A stretch of DNA of 64,000 nucleotides. It comes from Haplodiscus bocki. Lineage: Eukaryota. A program made the translations under genes and the position numbers. Every line of letters begins with the position of its first letter. The first letter of the stretch is position 1. Below, piece after piece: positions 36,828 through 51,800 of this stretch. The stretch lies in NCBI GenBank assembly GCA_965655095.1, contig OZ296650.1, forward strand, positions 22,134,001-22,198,000. Direction: 5' to 3'. A model generated the notes under the pieces. That model searched no databases and was not told where the DNA came from. It was given only the letters and a program-made list of their open reading frames with translations.

Positions 36828-39800
36828 TTAATGTTGTTTCATCATCAATGTCTTCTCTCTCATCTTGGAACGTTTTAGCAATTCGAATTCTGTTGCGGTA
36901 ACTTTTCCTGCACAAAGTTGACAAAACCAGTCATTGTCAGGGACATCATTCAAGGGCGGGTCCGCACACCGTAGATGGAACATCTTGGGGCACTTATCGC
37001 AGCATAACACAAATCCTCCCAAATTACAAAGTTCACAAAACACGCCGTCATCTAAAACCGGCAAAACTGCAAATTTATCTAAAGGCTCTGCTGCTTTCTC
37101 TGAGGATTCTGGTTCTTCAGTAACTTCTTGCGTCGGCCGCCGAATTTTAGAACCCGTCCCAGCCACAGATCGAGTTCCAATCTTGCTATTATTGGTATAA
37201 TTTGTATTAATCGACGATGAATATCTGGTATCATGGTGCCCATTGGTTTCCACATGGTTCACCTGTTTCCTCGGCTTCTTTTTAAATCGGGAGCAATTGG
37301 AGCAGATAGTGAGATGACGACTTCCGAAGCAGAAGAGCGTTTTGTGGTAACTTTTGTTGCAAAATTTACAAAACTGCAACGCATTTGTGGCGTTCGTTAC
37401 AGCCATATCAGAAGCATCTTGTAGACAACTGCTGCAAAACTTGTTCACGTTGCCTTTGGACCATCGAACGGAAGAATTCAAAATATGGAGATACAAAAAC
37501 AACTGACCAACGCCTGCACTAGTCCTTAGTCCACTGTTCCATCTATCCATAAAAGGAAGTTTTTCAACTTTGTAGCTTATTGTTGGCATACTGGATGCAT
37601 CATTTGAACATGTGGAAGCATAATCTGTATGTGGATCCTGCTCCTGAGTAATGTACCTTTCATTATTTTGATTAGACTGCAATGGGGCATTGAGACAGTC
37701 TTTTCTGATAGCTGAGGTTATTTGGCACATGAGTTCTCCGAATGATTGAATTGATATATCTTCAGTGACAATTTCATCTTGGGCAAAACCAGCATTTATT
37801 TGCGCAAAAATTCGCTGCTTGTTGTGAAGACTCAAAAAAGTGCTCATCAAGTTTCCCACGCATAGCCTTTGGAAGATGGCTTTGCAGCTTTTGCAAAACT
37901 CTTCTACAAGATCCACGCTTGAAACGGCACAACTCCTCGAAGTGGCTTCGTATTCGGTGAGAATTGATAAAGAAGTTTCCGATTCAGGAAGTTGTAATTC
38001 CTTTGAAACTGTGTTCTTGACCATGTTTAGGCATTCTTTAAGATTGGCCTCCCGTATCCCTCGGTTGTTCAAGGACAAAATGAGATCATCGATTTCAGTT
38101 TCCTTAGAGTAAAAGGACCAAACACTTTTGCGTTCCCTTCCCGAAGGGACTAAATCAAGCGGAGGCCACTTTGGATGCATTGGAGCCCCGTTGGTACCAC
38201 GTTCCACCATTTCCTCTATATCCCAATTGGGGACTTCTTCAAAACAAGGGGGTGTATAATGGCCTCTAGTTGCATTAGCTTGTGCCCACTTTCGGAACTC
38301 AATGTCTTCTTCCACAAAGAGCCCCGGAATGGTTTGGAACTTCCAATACCGTCTGTGGACTCTGTCATGTCCCAATGGAGCTGCACCCCAAAGACTTTGT
38401 TGTTTCAAAATCTCATTCACCATTCTGCTTTCTTTCGCACTCATCAGTGTTTCCAATTCCTCTCTTATTATTGCTCGTTTTTCACTAAATTACATATTGC
38501 TAAAAACTAAGTAACAGATAAGACCAAAAACATACTGCCTAAATTTCGGAAGTACCAAGCACAATCGTCCTTGAAGGTTTGGTTTTAGTGGGAGATAAAA
38601 TAAACATGAAAAATCCCAGCATGACGAAAAGAAGAGTTAGACGTATTTCTACAACAAAAGCGGTGCACAATTGAATGAGATCTACTTTACAGATACTTCA
38701 TGCGCTTTCCTCCAAATTTTACCAACCCCAACGACACAGTTGTTGATTGGATATTTTCGGTCGCAGGATAAGAACAAAACAGCCAGATTCAATTTGCAAA
38801 TTTTCAATAACGTGTTTACAAGAAATTCTAACACAAAACCGTAAAACGGGTCCAAAATACTAACAATAAGTGTGCTTTGACATCAGCTGTCAATATTTCG
38901 TCCTCCTCGCAATCAGAATGGAACAGAGCTTCCATTTCGAACAGCTGATCCTCTGTAAAACAATCAAAGACATCCAGGTCTTCATCCACGTCTTGGGGTT
39001 GATGTTTCAAAACAACATCCAGCATGGACTTTCTGCGTAATTTCACTTCATCAACATTTAGTTTAGACAAATTCTGTAGAACTGCCATGCATCTGCTTTC
39101 TGCAGGAGCGTCACTTTGATTCTTCGGTTCCACAAAAGGTCTGTCGTGTCTCCAACACCTGCATTCAACATAAACTAACCATTTGCTACGATGCTGGAGT
39201 ATGATCAGCAAAACGTCCAAAAACAGGAAAATGAAGTCAACTGATCACTTGGCAAAAAACTGCAAATTTATCAGGGTCGTTGATACAAAAGGTACTTAAA
39301 TTTTCCGAAATCCGATGTAAGCAGAAGTTCGTGGAAGCCCATTATGCTTTTCGGAAATACAGGAAAAGAAGTCGTCTGTCTTTTCCTAATTGTTGATAAT
39401 TCATGTAAAGGCGATATACTGCAAAGATCGGTAGACGGCAGTTAACAATTTTTTATTTAAAATAATCGGTTTATGTTTGCATTTATTTATCAAAATTCCT
39501 GCCTTCAATGAATAGGGTGCTTTTACAGCCATCTCGCCATTGATGACATCTTAGTGTTGTTTTCAAAGCATCGGCATTGCTTTTCGTATCAATGAAACCT
39601 TCAAAAACAATTTTCATACTCTTTACGTTATTTGCTCTATCTTCTCAGAAATTGAGATTGCCACCTTGAAACTCACAAAAAACACAGCCGACCAAGGCGA
39701 ATAGGACTTCGGTAATTTTTGGGACACACATGGAAACCCCTCTTAACCCTAATTCCCTTTTCCCGCGAATTGGGATAAATGAATTCAAAAAGTGCCGGGG

Positions 39801-42800
39801 TTTACACTTATAAGTACATTCACCTGGGAACAAGAAAAAACTTTCTTGATTTCCGCGCTCTCACTGTTACTATGGTTGTTCGTATGGCCCCTGCTGTCCT
39901 CCCAAGCAGCTTGCTGCGTTTTGAAAAAAAAATCAGAATGTCACATCAAAATATGTCCGGTAAAGTTGCCAAATGTCGTACGAAAAAGCGTTAAAAAACA
40001 ACTAAACCTGAATGACAATATAAGAAAATTGCCATCGAGTTTACACTGAAAAATTTGATCTGTCAATCTTTTCTTTAAAAGTTGCGTCATTTTGCTTCCC
40101 AATGTTTAGGAAGTTTGCACAATGAACAACGCAAAAATGAATAGTACCAGCCAAAGAGAGGCCGCTTTGACCGTTTACACAAGATGACTAGACTTTCAGA
40201 TGACGTCCAAAAATGCAAATTTTTGCCACGATAAAAAATTAAGCATATCCCGACTTCAATACATATTCTCCCGTCATTAGTTTTAAAAAATTTTGACTCG
40301 TAGTCGGCATTTGTACTTTCAGTTAGGATCACCAAAAAAAGATCAAATTCAGCAGAGAAATGAGACCAAAATAGCAGTGTCTGTCTTTGAGACATGGGTA
40401 TCAAGAATGCTGAGCAATACGCGCTTAGAACTTGAATTAATAAAAACTTGGCATTAACCGAATTTAAGCAAAAAATTCATTAACGCCAAAAAATTGCACA
40501 CTATTCAAAGAGTCGAAACTTTCGCTTTTGATGGTCTTGTGGTCAATTTTTAAGGCTTTGAATAATTTGCAATTTTTTGACTCCTCGTGAGTGAAAATTT
40601 GTTTGACACGATCAATAGTCGCCATTTCGAAAAAGCTGAAAATAAGATGTGAAATAATTTGACAACTTTGAGGAGATTTGAATCAAGTAATGGGAATCTA
40701 AGAGTAAATAGTGTCGTTCGCTCTAGCTTGGGTAAGCGATGAAAACAATAAATTATCAAAGTCAATAATAAGTAGGAAATATCCGGTTCACTTTAGCGCT
40801 CAGCCTAGCCCAGTCCGTCAATCATGCCAACATTTCCAAAGTGCGAAAAAAAGTGAAATCTATAGGCATTAAGACAAAGCTTAGTGCGTAAAAATTAATG
40901 AACATGTTCGTATGTGGCTGAAAAAATACGAGACCGTTATCGTTAATCGCTTCCAACTCAGACAAAAAGTGAGACTTGGAAGAAACTTCAACAGAAATAG
41001 AAGCTTACGTAAATGCTGTGGTCCTAATCAATAAATTATTCCAACAACTAAAATTAGATAAATTAATCACTGGTGCTATTTTTTGTGTTAACTTCAACTT
41101 TTTCATATCGAACCACAATGGAAACAACTTCCGCTCAAAAAAACCTACTTGGCCAATCCAATTTCCCTCTTCCTTCTGGCCTCTGCTTTCTGCAGTTTCT
41201 TCAGCTCCACTTTCGCATCTTGAATACTTTCGGCACTTTCCAAAATAGCTTCCTTCAATTCTGGTTTTAGCGAAGACAATTCATTGCAGAGACAATTCAA
41301 AATCTTCAGTTTCTCCTCTGAAACAGAAGACTGAAGAATTGCAAATAATTTTTGAAAATTGGCTTCCGTTGTCGCATCTTCCACAATGCTTACCGACAGT
41401 GAGATTGAAGACTGACTGATACTCTAAGCGATTAATAATTCTTTGATGAGCTATTTTGAACTCCACAGCTGGGCTGTCGTGAATACTCGCCAATGTCCCC
41501 TTCTGAGTTCTAAAGAAATATATAGGGGAAAATATTCTCAAGAAATACATGTTCCGCTTTTCATTCAAAAGATGAGAGCAGGTTAGGATCTGAACTCTGT
41601 ATTCACCAGACAACCTCAAAGCACGTGTGTAAAGTACAATAAAACTTACTTCAGTCTGGCGATTTCGACAAGTGATTTGAATCCGGAGGCGCTGATGAAA
41701 AGTCTGAGTACTTCTGATAAAGTGTAAGGGTTGATAGGAATGCGGGTGAGAGGTAGACCCAGATGTGACAAGCAGTGAAAAACAGTTTCACTCGCTTTCA
41801 GCAAAATATTCTGATTCTCATTGCTCAACAGTTCCCACGTAGAAATTTCCACTGAAACATTACCTAATCGTCATTTATGTTTATTATTGATGCCATCAGG
41901 TATTCAGACGTTTTCCTTATTAAATTAATTGCAGACCAAAACAATAGAACCAAAAGAGTGTTTGCAAGACTCTTCAAATAAGTGTTTTTAGAATAGATGA
42001 TACTTTCATCCCGCAATACACCATCAATGGCAAATCAAATCGAACGGCTACTCATTTTTTGCGGAATACCTTATAACACAGACGCTTTCATTAAAATATT
42101 TAATATTTCAAGCGTTTCTTTAAACAACAAACGAATGGAGAGCAAAAATGAGGAATGCTGATAAAATGTTTCAACTCTTGATTATCAAAACTTACTCAAA
42201 ATATCAGTTTGCTCATTCAAATCCAGATCATATTCGTTGATTTGGTCCAAGCAGGTGAATATGTTTGAAAGTAGGCAAGACAAAATGAGAAACAAGTTGC
42301 CAAATATGGAATGGTCGTGAACTGCTTCGATTAAGTAGTGTAATGTAAGAACTGTTCCATGAGGCAGAAAATCGTTCAGCTTCAAAAGGTCACCGAACCC
42401 ATTGAGAAATTCAAGGACAGAAAGTAAACTACAGAATAAAGTATCCCCAGAAAAATTGCGGTCTTTCGCTAGGTCCGGAGAGAACCCACATGGCTCGGGC
42501 ATCTCTCGGTGGTCCTCTAACTCCAAATCGTCTCTGATTCGATTCCATTTTTTCAACCATTCAGTTCGCAACCTTTTCTCTTCGCGTTCTTGCTGTTTTC
42601 TAGCCTTAAAAAGTCAATGAACAGTTCATCATGATATCAAAAGCTTCAAGAGCTCAAGTTATCATAAAGTAAAAGAACTTTTACCGAAAACTTGATGTAT
42701 GAGCTCATACTTTAATAAAGTAAACTGTTACAGGTAAAAAAAGCTCGACTTCAAAACTTGAGAAGCTTGGAATATATTTTGCGTCTCACCTCTTCCAGCT

Positions 42801-45800
42801 TTTCCTCCAACTCGCTCTTTTTCACTTTGGCAGTTGAATTTGAAACTGCTGCTGTTAATACTCCGTCCACATGATTACTCTCTTGATCAGCAGTACCTCC
42901 ACCGCTTCCATTGGTCACCGACTTCTTAGATTTTTTACTTTTTTTGTCTCCTAAAAGTTCATGTCCTTCTAAAATTCGTTACTGTTGAAAATGTACTTGA
43001 GTTTCACCACTTTAAAAATCACTCAACTTTCCAGTTTAAATATTAAACCCCAATGAATTAAAATTTTTCATAAGCTACAGTACTGATTTTAATTAAGTGA
43101 ACTCGTGAGCAAAAATAAGCGTTTTACAAGCCCAAAATCTCAGCAACTAAAAGTTTTTCAAGAAAATACGAGGAACAAAAGTTTATTAGATTTTTGATAA
43201 GATCCAGTGATGTACATTCTTATTTTTTAAAAGTACTTTTTTTGCTGAAAAATAAAAAATTTTTCATCAGAAAAAAAATCCTTCAATTTTTATTAATTGT
43301 GAGCTAAAATTTGTAGGAGATTCAGAATTGTATTGAGTCAGAACAATATTGAAGTCTGACTTTGACACAAGCCACAGGGAGTCTATTTTTTTCGGGTCGC
43401 AGTCAAAATCTGAGCTCTTGAGAAAGCGCTTTCTGCATTCGCCGTCGATGGCAACATACCCAAACCACTCTTGTCACATCTCCGGGGATGTTCTAAAATA
43501 CTATTTATTCCATTTTATAAATATGGCCGGAAAATAATAATAATTGTCTATAACTACAAACGTCCCTTGATAACCCTGGAATGTATACTTATTTTGATTC
43601 AAAATATCCAAAATAGAGGAAAAAATTGAGTAAAGCCAGTCCAAAATGGTCGAAGGGTAAACACTTGCGGCTCCGAGTATATTGGTCCAGAGTTCCGATT
43701 TTTGTGATAGTTCATAGTATTGCTTTAAAGAAATTTCCTGTAAAGTATTGCAATGAAAAGGGGATTAAAATTTATAGTATGCTATAAATGATACTTTAAA
43801 TGATCCTTCCAATGTTATCGCGTTACACATAACGCTTAAACGTTAATTATTTAAAATATGATTGATTAATTAAAGCTAACCTTTTGCGGGGCTGTTGATG
43901 AATATAAAAGGAATAGCAAAAGCTGGAGAAATAAAGAAACCGTTGGAGTTGCATAAATAACTTTTACAAAAAAAGTCTAACGCGAGCTTTTTTCCTATTG
44001 GCTCCTGCTGCCAAACCACGGCTGTTACAAGCCTTTTTCCTATTGGTTGCACGAAACGGCAGCATGCTGTTATTTTGGAGTCGATCTGGGGAACGGACTC
44101 GATCATAACTCGCTTTCCCGCTCAGCGGACGGGACTCCTTACTCCTCTTCTGACTTGCCTTACCTCTTACTTTACTCTTCTTCTCCCTTTTACTTGGACA
44201 AATTATAACTCCCTTTCTCCCTTTTTCTTCTTGGACAAAAATTTTCTAAGTCCAATTCCTCTTCTCTCTCCTCTTGGACAAAAATATTCTAAGTCCAACT
44301 TCAATTCTACAAAAATATTCTAAGACAATTCCAAATTCTGTCTTAGCGGCAATTTCATTCTCACTTCGCAAAAATATTCTAAGACAATTCCAAATTCTGT
44401 CTTAGCCGCAATTTCATTCCCGCTTCGCAAAAATATTCTAAGACAATTTTATATTCTGTCTTAGCCGCAATTTCACTCTCAATTCGCAAAAATATTCAAA
44501 GTCCCATTTTCTTCTTGACTTAGAAAAATTCCCTTCCTTTCGCTTACCTTTTACTTACTCTTGCCATCGGAGTATGAACGGTGTCCACTGACGCTACCTT
44601 CGGTAATAGCGTGTGCGGATTCCGCCGACGAGCTCCGGTTCTGAGGCATGAGTGGATCTTAAACTGCACGACCCCCTACGAGGTTCCTAGGCAAAGAGAA
44701 TTGACATTACTCATAGATCAAATCTCACCTCGTCTGCTTCCGTGGTCTTTAGAATTTATTCTAAATTCCGAGATACGGATTAAATACGCAGAAACCGTCC
44801 ATTCTTGAGTCCAATAATTCCATTCTTTGCATTGATTTGAAATTTCCTACCCAATTCTTTCGCAAGTCAGATTCACAAGAGGAGAGTCCCAGAGTTATCA
44901 GCAGATCATCCGACTTCATCGACGGTAACCGTTAGTTGAAGAGTTCCTAGTTCAGAATGAGTACATCTCTCTGATCAATTCTAATATTTCATAGATCCCC
45001 TTCCATAAAATCCGTTAGACAAAAATCTCGGTTGGACACAAGGGACTAAGAGAACATCACCAGGTTGCCGTCAAAGAGCGAGCTTTTACCTGAGTAATAG
45101 ACAAACTTTAAAACAAATCAAACCCCGCCAATAAATCCGGTGATTTATTCACGTTTCGGACAATTGGGAAAATAAGAACACAACCAGTTGCTCTGCTGAC
45201 GCAAGTACTGAGTGTAGACGAAAATAGTAAAAGTCATATATGACATAACATTTACTAATAAATAAAATTAACAAAACGCAAAGCTTGACCCCCGAAAAAA
45301 AAGTGCTAGAAAAATAGGAGAACTAAATTCCCCTATCTAGCCCGACAAAAACAAAAACCCTTAGACAGTATTACCCTACCTCCTAAAATTAATCCCAACT
45401 ACAATTATTGGGAGTTTTATAAAGAATATTTTACGATTTTATCATTTGAAATTTGTATGTCATTAAAATTTTGGATGGATCCTATTTATATCGAGATTTT
45501 GTAAGTTTTACTAAATTCTGGCATTATATCTGTTGTCTAATGTATTGTGGTCAGCATCTTCATTTTTATCATTATTAAATATTACGTTTGCGAAATTTCT
45601 GCTGAGATGATAATTTTTGTCATTGATTGGGAATATGTACAAGAGCTGGATTTAACTATGAATTTTTGCGAAGGGGATGATTTGCAATAATTTTTAACTC
45701 GATAAAATTTTCTGTTACTGGCCGCTGTAAACAATTTAGATGGGGACTGAAATTTCTTTCGCTCCCACTTTTGCTACTATCGCTGAGGCGTGATTCATTT

Positions 45801-48800
45801 TCCATTGGCGCAGTTCTTTCATTTTCCATTTGATTATATTTGTTCCCTCGGTTGACTGAATAATTGATTATTTCACTTTCCATTTTCCCTCCATCGCTCA
45901 TAAAGTCCTTGCTTTGAACTTACGCAATTTTTGTTCGCGAGGCCTGCAAGGCACCTGAAAGTAGATCAATAAAAGCCCCTGAGACTTATTTTCATTAAAT
46001 AAAACAACTGCCGCGGCGCCACCGCTGTATTGATCTAGACAACAAAGGGAACGCTAAACATCTGTAGCACTAAGCGAGAGAGAAAACTAGAACCAGAAAA
46101 AGAATTAAATTCAAGCATTAATTCTACTTCCCGCATGCTCGCAGTAATATAGCATTCCCCCTTACCCCTCGCGACAATGTACATCACTGATAAGATCACA
46201 AAAGTTTTTATTTAATGCAAATTGAACGAATACTCAAAGAATTTGAGGCCCCCATTTTTTGCCATTTTTTTTACTTTTTCCATTTTTAGAGGTTAAATCA
46301 AATTGTTTTTTGAATTTTTCTGGTTGGATAGGTCTGCCATCAATCCCCCGAAAGCATTGTATGAAACTTTTGGCTGAATAATGTTCCTGTTTAGAAAATT
46401 AATGTTTCCAGGCGTCGAAAATGCAATAAAAATGTATCAAATTGGGCATGGCGATTTTCATTCTTTTTATAGGCGTGAACATTTTTAGTAAAGATTCTTC
46501 TAGAAATCATAAAAATTAACTGTTTGAGGCCAACTTCAAAGCTAGAAAGTTGTATCTGGAAGTTTTTCTGTATCTTTTGTAGGTGACAAGATTGAGAAAA
46601 ACCTCAAATTTGGCAAAAAATGGCCAAAATCAACGTGCTCATAACTTTTTCACAAAAAACATTAATAAAACCTGATGAAAAATCCAAGTAATTTTTGCTA
46701 TTAATTTTGATCGTAAAATTGACATGCTTTTGAGAAATTGGGCGCCAAAAAGTGCTTAATTTTTACTCAGTTCACTTAAAATCAGTATTGTACGCTTCTC
46801 CTCGAATAAAACTACCAAACGGTTCGCTAGGCCAGGCCCGCCTTCGCCGCCATGGTTGATCACAAAAACACAATCGCTGTAGATAAATAGTCCAGCTTAT
46901 TTTGAAGATTAATGTTTAGAAATGTTTATTATATGCTTTATAAAAAGATAAGATAAAAATCTGTACATCAGCATCCTTTCATGAGACGAATCAAGAATAA
47001 AATGATTACTTGAAAGATGCGTTCTGTCTATTCCATTGCGTTCAAATGCTTGAGCTTCTTTCACGCCATTTTTACAGAGAAATAAATTGACAGTTTCTAA
47101 ACGACTTTTCCTCTGTTCCACGACTTCTTCTGAAACTGCAAAATCGGGTAAAGGTCCGGGTCCCCAGAAAGACTCGAAGCTAAGTTTCTGGAGTGAATAC
47201 ATCTCGAAGAACTCTTTCTGTAAAAATATATACACAGACTGATGTTTCACTTGCAATTTTAAGTGCACTCACGTCAAAAAGTAAGCGAAACCAAAACAGT
47301 GCAGCGCGGAATCCAACGCCAGTTTTCAGAGAAAGATATCTCCTATAAAGTGCAATGAGTTTTTGAGAATTACCAGCTAGAAAAGCTTCGAAGAATTTCA
47401 TCTAGTTTACAATAGTGTTTGTTCGGAATAATTCTGACCACCATTGCCGAAGTTGAAAAATTGCATTTTTCCTTTGATTTTGCTGATCAGACCCTTTTTG
47501 AAGTTTTCCCGATTATCTGACAATTGACGCAAAATGGGGAAAACATTCAACAGACTTATGTAGTTTCGAGGTTTTTCTCCACATTTTCAGTTTAACACGA
47601 CTTCTGAAATCTCTTCATTAACCCGATTTGACAGTATGCGTTGTGTTTATCTAAGACATCGATTTTAAGTTGTACAAATGCTTTACTGTGGTTGGTGGAT
47701 GTTAAGTTCCAGTTCACGGAGATTGAAGAGTTTCTGGCAGTTGTGTTAAAATTAAAACTTGGAGATAACTCGAGTCTATATGATAGTCTTCTGAAAATTT
47801 TTGCTTTTTTGGGTCCATCTTCAAATATTCCGAAAAAAATCAAAAAAAGGACTGAGTGGCAAAACCACGGGGAATATGCATATTTTAAGCTCTTGGAATA
47901 ATGGTCATAAAGGTTTTGAACAAAAATCATAGTAAACTAGCTTAAATTCGAAGAAAAATTATCAGCTGACGTTTTTTTCAAAAAAAACTCAATGTGCACG
48001 GAGAAATCCATCTGAAACTTTTGTCACTGGCGTTTGATTGATTACACGCTACACTTCTTCTACTTCGGTAACTTTTTGACGTGACTGTATTACATTAACT
48101 AAACTTCAACTGTTTTGAGAAGCTTTGGTATAAAATTTCCCGACTTCTGCAGCAACTGTTCGTCTTCAAAGACCCAGCCCAAATTCTACAAGTGACTCAT
48201 CCATGTTCTCGTATGACAAATAAGACAACGGCTATACATTTTTTAAAAAAAGTAAAATCGGTTCCGACCATTTCGAATCATTTTATGCTTGTCATAACCG
48301 TTCAAAAGAAAATAGGGCCCAAAGTGTCATTGCCAATGTTAATACGTTGTAAAGGTGGTCATGCCTCAAGGAATGTCTATGTATTTTGATAGTGTAAACA
48401 CTGGGGAGCAGCAAACTTCTGAGTGCAAGCAGTACAGTAGTGTTTCAAAAGAATGGAGCTCCTATGCATAAATTGACCAAATTTAGACATCAATATCTCT
48501 AAAACTATTCGAAATGGTTACTTCTAGTAAAAAAAAGTTTCTTGGATTTTTATCTAGTTTTCAATCGTTTTTATTTCAAAAGTTGGCGACCAAAACAGCA
48601 AAAGTTAGAAATGGTCATTTTTGGACAATTTTGAATATATTTTGTGTATTTTTGATAATTGAAGGCCTCAAAGAATTTTTTGGACACAATTTGTACATAT
48701 ATGTTCCTATAAACATCTTGAAACCATTAATATACTTAGTTTTGAAAAATGTTTCAAATTGCTCATAAAATTGCTGTTTTTGTACAATGAACTTTGAAGT

Positions 48801-51800
48801 TACATGTTTTAAGATATGTTTTAAAGATTGTATTTTGAAAATTTGCGATATATTTAATTTCAAAATATTTCTTCAATCGAAATACATCACAGGATTCAAG
48901 AAATTCTGGGGGAATTTTTGTGGTATACAATTTCTCGAAGAAATTTTTCCTAGCTTGAGCAAACTTATAAAAAAACATTACCAAAAATGACAAACATTAA
49001 CCAATGAGATTGCGAATTGAGAGCAAATAATGAGATCCTATTGGCTAAATAGCGTCTCTGAGAGCTCTTAAGCTCCATTCTTTTAAAACAATACTATAGT
49101 TTGTTTTTCTTCTCAAAAAATGTTGTAAAATCGTTTCCGACCATTTCCATTCATTTTTTGCTTGTCAAAAACGTTAAAAAAGATACGATACATCAAAATT
49201 AAAGCTGGTATTTATTGCAGAACCAGTGTAAAAGCTGGTTCGAGTTATACTGATTACAAAGAACACTTACTCTAACAAGAAATCTACGATTGCTCAGTTT
49301 GCAGCAAGTTCTAAGGAATGATCCAACTTTGGATTTATTGAAAATGTCGCGTTCCCTCTGCAGGGCATGACAGTTGACCACGACTTCGCCCACTTTTCCG
49401 TTAATTTTGACGACATACCTCAATTCCTCAGGCGGTGGCAAAGGAACAGGAGCAAACTTATCCAATCTGAAACGAATATAAATCGTCAATTCCTTGAGTT
49501 ATTTCCCAACAGCGAATATATCACCCATATCCCTATAAGTCATTTCTTAGCCTCACTTCACTCAGAAACGATCAAAGTTTTAATGACACTTCAGTTCACC
49601 AATCACTTCCGCAAATTCCTGATTTTTCTTACTTGCAATGACTTCAAATGCATACTGGAAAAAGAAAAGAACTTGATGACGTTAATATTAAGTCAACTTA
49701 CTTTTGATATGCCAGAACAGCGGGACATATTATTGCACGTACTACTCCAGTAGATCGTAAGAGATCACAAGAAACATTGACTTCTTCGCCAACATAAAAG
49801 CGTTGCCGGCAAAAACCAAAAATATTGCCTGTCAGGTCGGCAATACGAGAAGTGCTTGACAGACCAGCAAGCAACAAAAGTGGCGAATGGTAGCTCCTGA
49901 AATAAAAGCATTCAATCAGACGATTGGAATGCAGATCCCGCTAATTGCCAGAAGTTGAAGTAGATTCGCTTAAGAAAATGGTACCTCCTGCTAGTTGGCT
50001 TATAACCTCAAGAATCAATGCAATAGCTCGGAAAACGGCGTATCAAAAAGTAGTGACTCGAAAAACACTAAGATGACTATTGGAAAAAATGGAAGATTAG
50101 TGGATCTTCAATCATTAAACAAGATAAAAAGATAGTTCAAATATGAAGATGTTGCAATGCTCAAGGTTTCTATGCACAGTCGACAATACACAAAGAAAAA
50201 TGAGATCGATTGTCACAAGAGGATTGTCCCAAAACGTGACCCGAAACAGAAAGAGCAGAAATGGATGACATAGCACCGAATAAAATAAGAACATTACTCT
50301 TTCACATTAAGAATTGTATCGTGCTGTAAAATTGGACGTCAACTAATGTAAATATTCAACAAGACGGCCGGCTAGCACCGGCATATTTTTTACCCAACTA
50401 CAAATATTTTGATCAACTTTTGCAAACGGTTAAAAAAGAAACTTCTGTTTTGATATTAAATTTCAAAGAGTTTTTACAAACATCAATTCCATCACTGATT
50501 TCTGTACTTTAGGCAAAAAGGGTGTCACGATTTTCCGTTGAAAATTTTTCGTCTCACAGTGCCGAAAAATTTCGTCGAGGAACCCGTCTGTGTTTCAGAA
50601 ATTTTCTGGTAACGAAAAATGTTAAGGATGAGAGAGGGGGCGGAACTCACGATTTCCCGTCAAATTATTTTGTCTCACAGTACTGAATCATTTCGTAAAG
50701 GAACCCTTCTGTGTTTCACAAAATTTCTGGAATCGAAAAAATTATTGGATAAGAGGGGGGAGGGAGGGAGTATCACGATTCTCTGTCAAAATTTTTTTTG
50801 TCTCACAGTGCCGAAAAATTTCCAAGGGGAACTCTTAGTGCGTCACTGATTTCGGGTATCGAAAAATTTTATGCTTCACAGGGTTATGTCACGATTTTAT
50901 GTCGAATTTTTTTTGTCTCACTGTGCCGAAAATTTGGTAGGGGAATCCTTTAGTGTATCATTAATTTCGGGTATCGAAAAATGTTGGGGATAAGAGAAGG
51001 GGGCGGGATTCACGTTTTTCCGTCGAAATCGTTTTGTCTCACAGTACCGAAATATTTCGTAGAGGAACCCTTCTGTGCTGTTTCTGAAAATTTCCGGTAG
51101 CGAAAAAGTTTATGCCTAAGAGGGGATTATCACGATTTCTATAGAAAATTTGGTGTCTCACAGTACCGAAAAATTTCGTAGGGGAACCCTTTAGCGTGTC
51201 ACTATTTTCGGGTATCGAAAAATTTTATGCTTCACAGGGTTATGTCACGATTTTCTGTCGATTTTTTTGTCTCACAGTGCCGAAAAATTTCGTAGAAGAA
51301 CTCTTCTGTGCTGTGTTTCAGAAAATTTTCGGTAGCCAAAAAGTTTATGGATAAGAGGGGGGGGGGAGTATCAAGATTTTCCGTCAATAATTTTTTTCTC
51401 ACAGTGCTGAAAAAATTCGTAGGGAAACTCTTTAGTGTTTCATTAATTTCGGGTATCGAAAAATGTTTGGGATAAATCGTAAAAATATTTGGCACGACAG
51501 TGACTCGAACCTTGAACCTACTGCTTGAGAACCTTGTTGTCCTAACCGTACTGCTGTCATTTATTTTTGAATAAAAAGAGTTGGCAGTTTTGGTCTGATA
51601 AAAAAATTAAAAAAAGAAAAACGACCCTACTGAATGAATAATTTTTCTTGCATATTACATACGCTGCGAAAAATAATAATGACTTGAGAAAGTTGGTAGT
51701 GCTTCCAGAAATGGTTTGATAATTTCAAGAGCTTCTTTTTCTGGCTTCAAATTTTCAAGAATTTGTTGCACAGAAGCAAAGCGGAACTTCGCTCTAACAG

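Noticed and set aside
36934-38514. Multiple + strand ORFs
   Set aside because: Antisense shadows of the large BAZ1A-like exon.
38828-39220. 130-aa intronic ORF (acidic, - strand) as an extra BAZ1A exon
   Set aside because: The flanking exons already join in phase without it and I recognise no domain; an alternative exon cannot be excluded without RNA data.
50520-51475. Regularly spaced repeats resembling a CRISPR array
   Set aside because: The inter-repeat segments are themselves homologous (satellite with higher-order structure), the context is eukaryotic and there are no cas genes.
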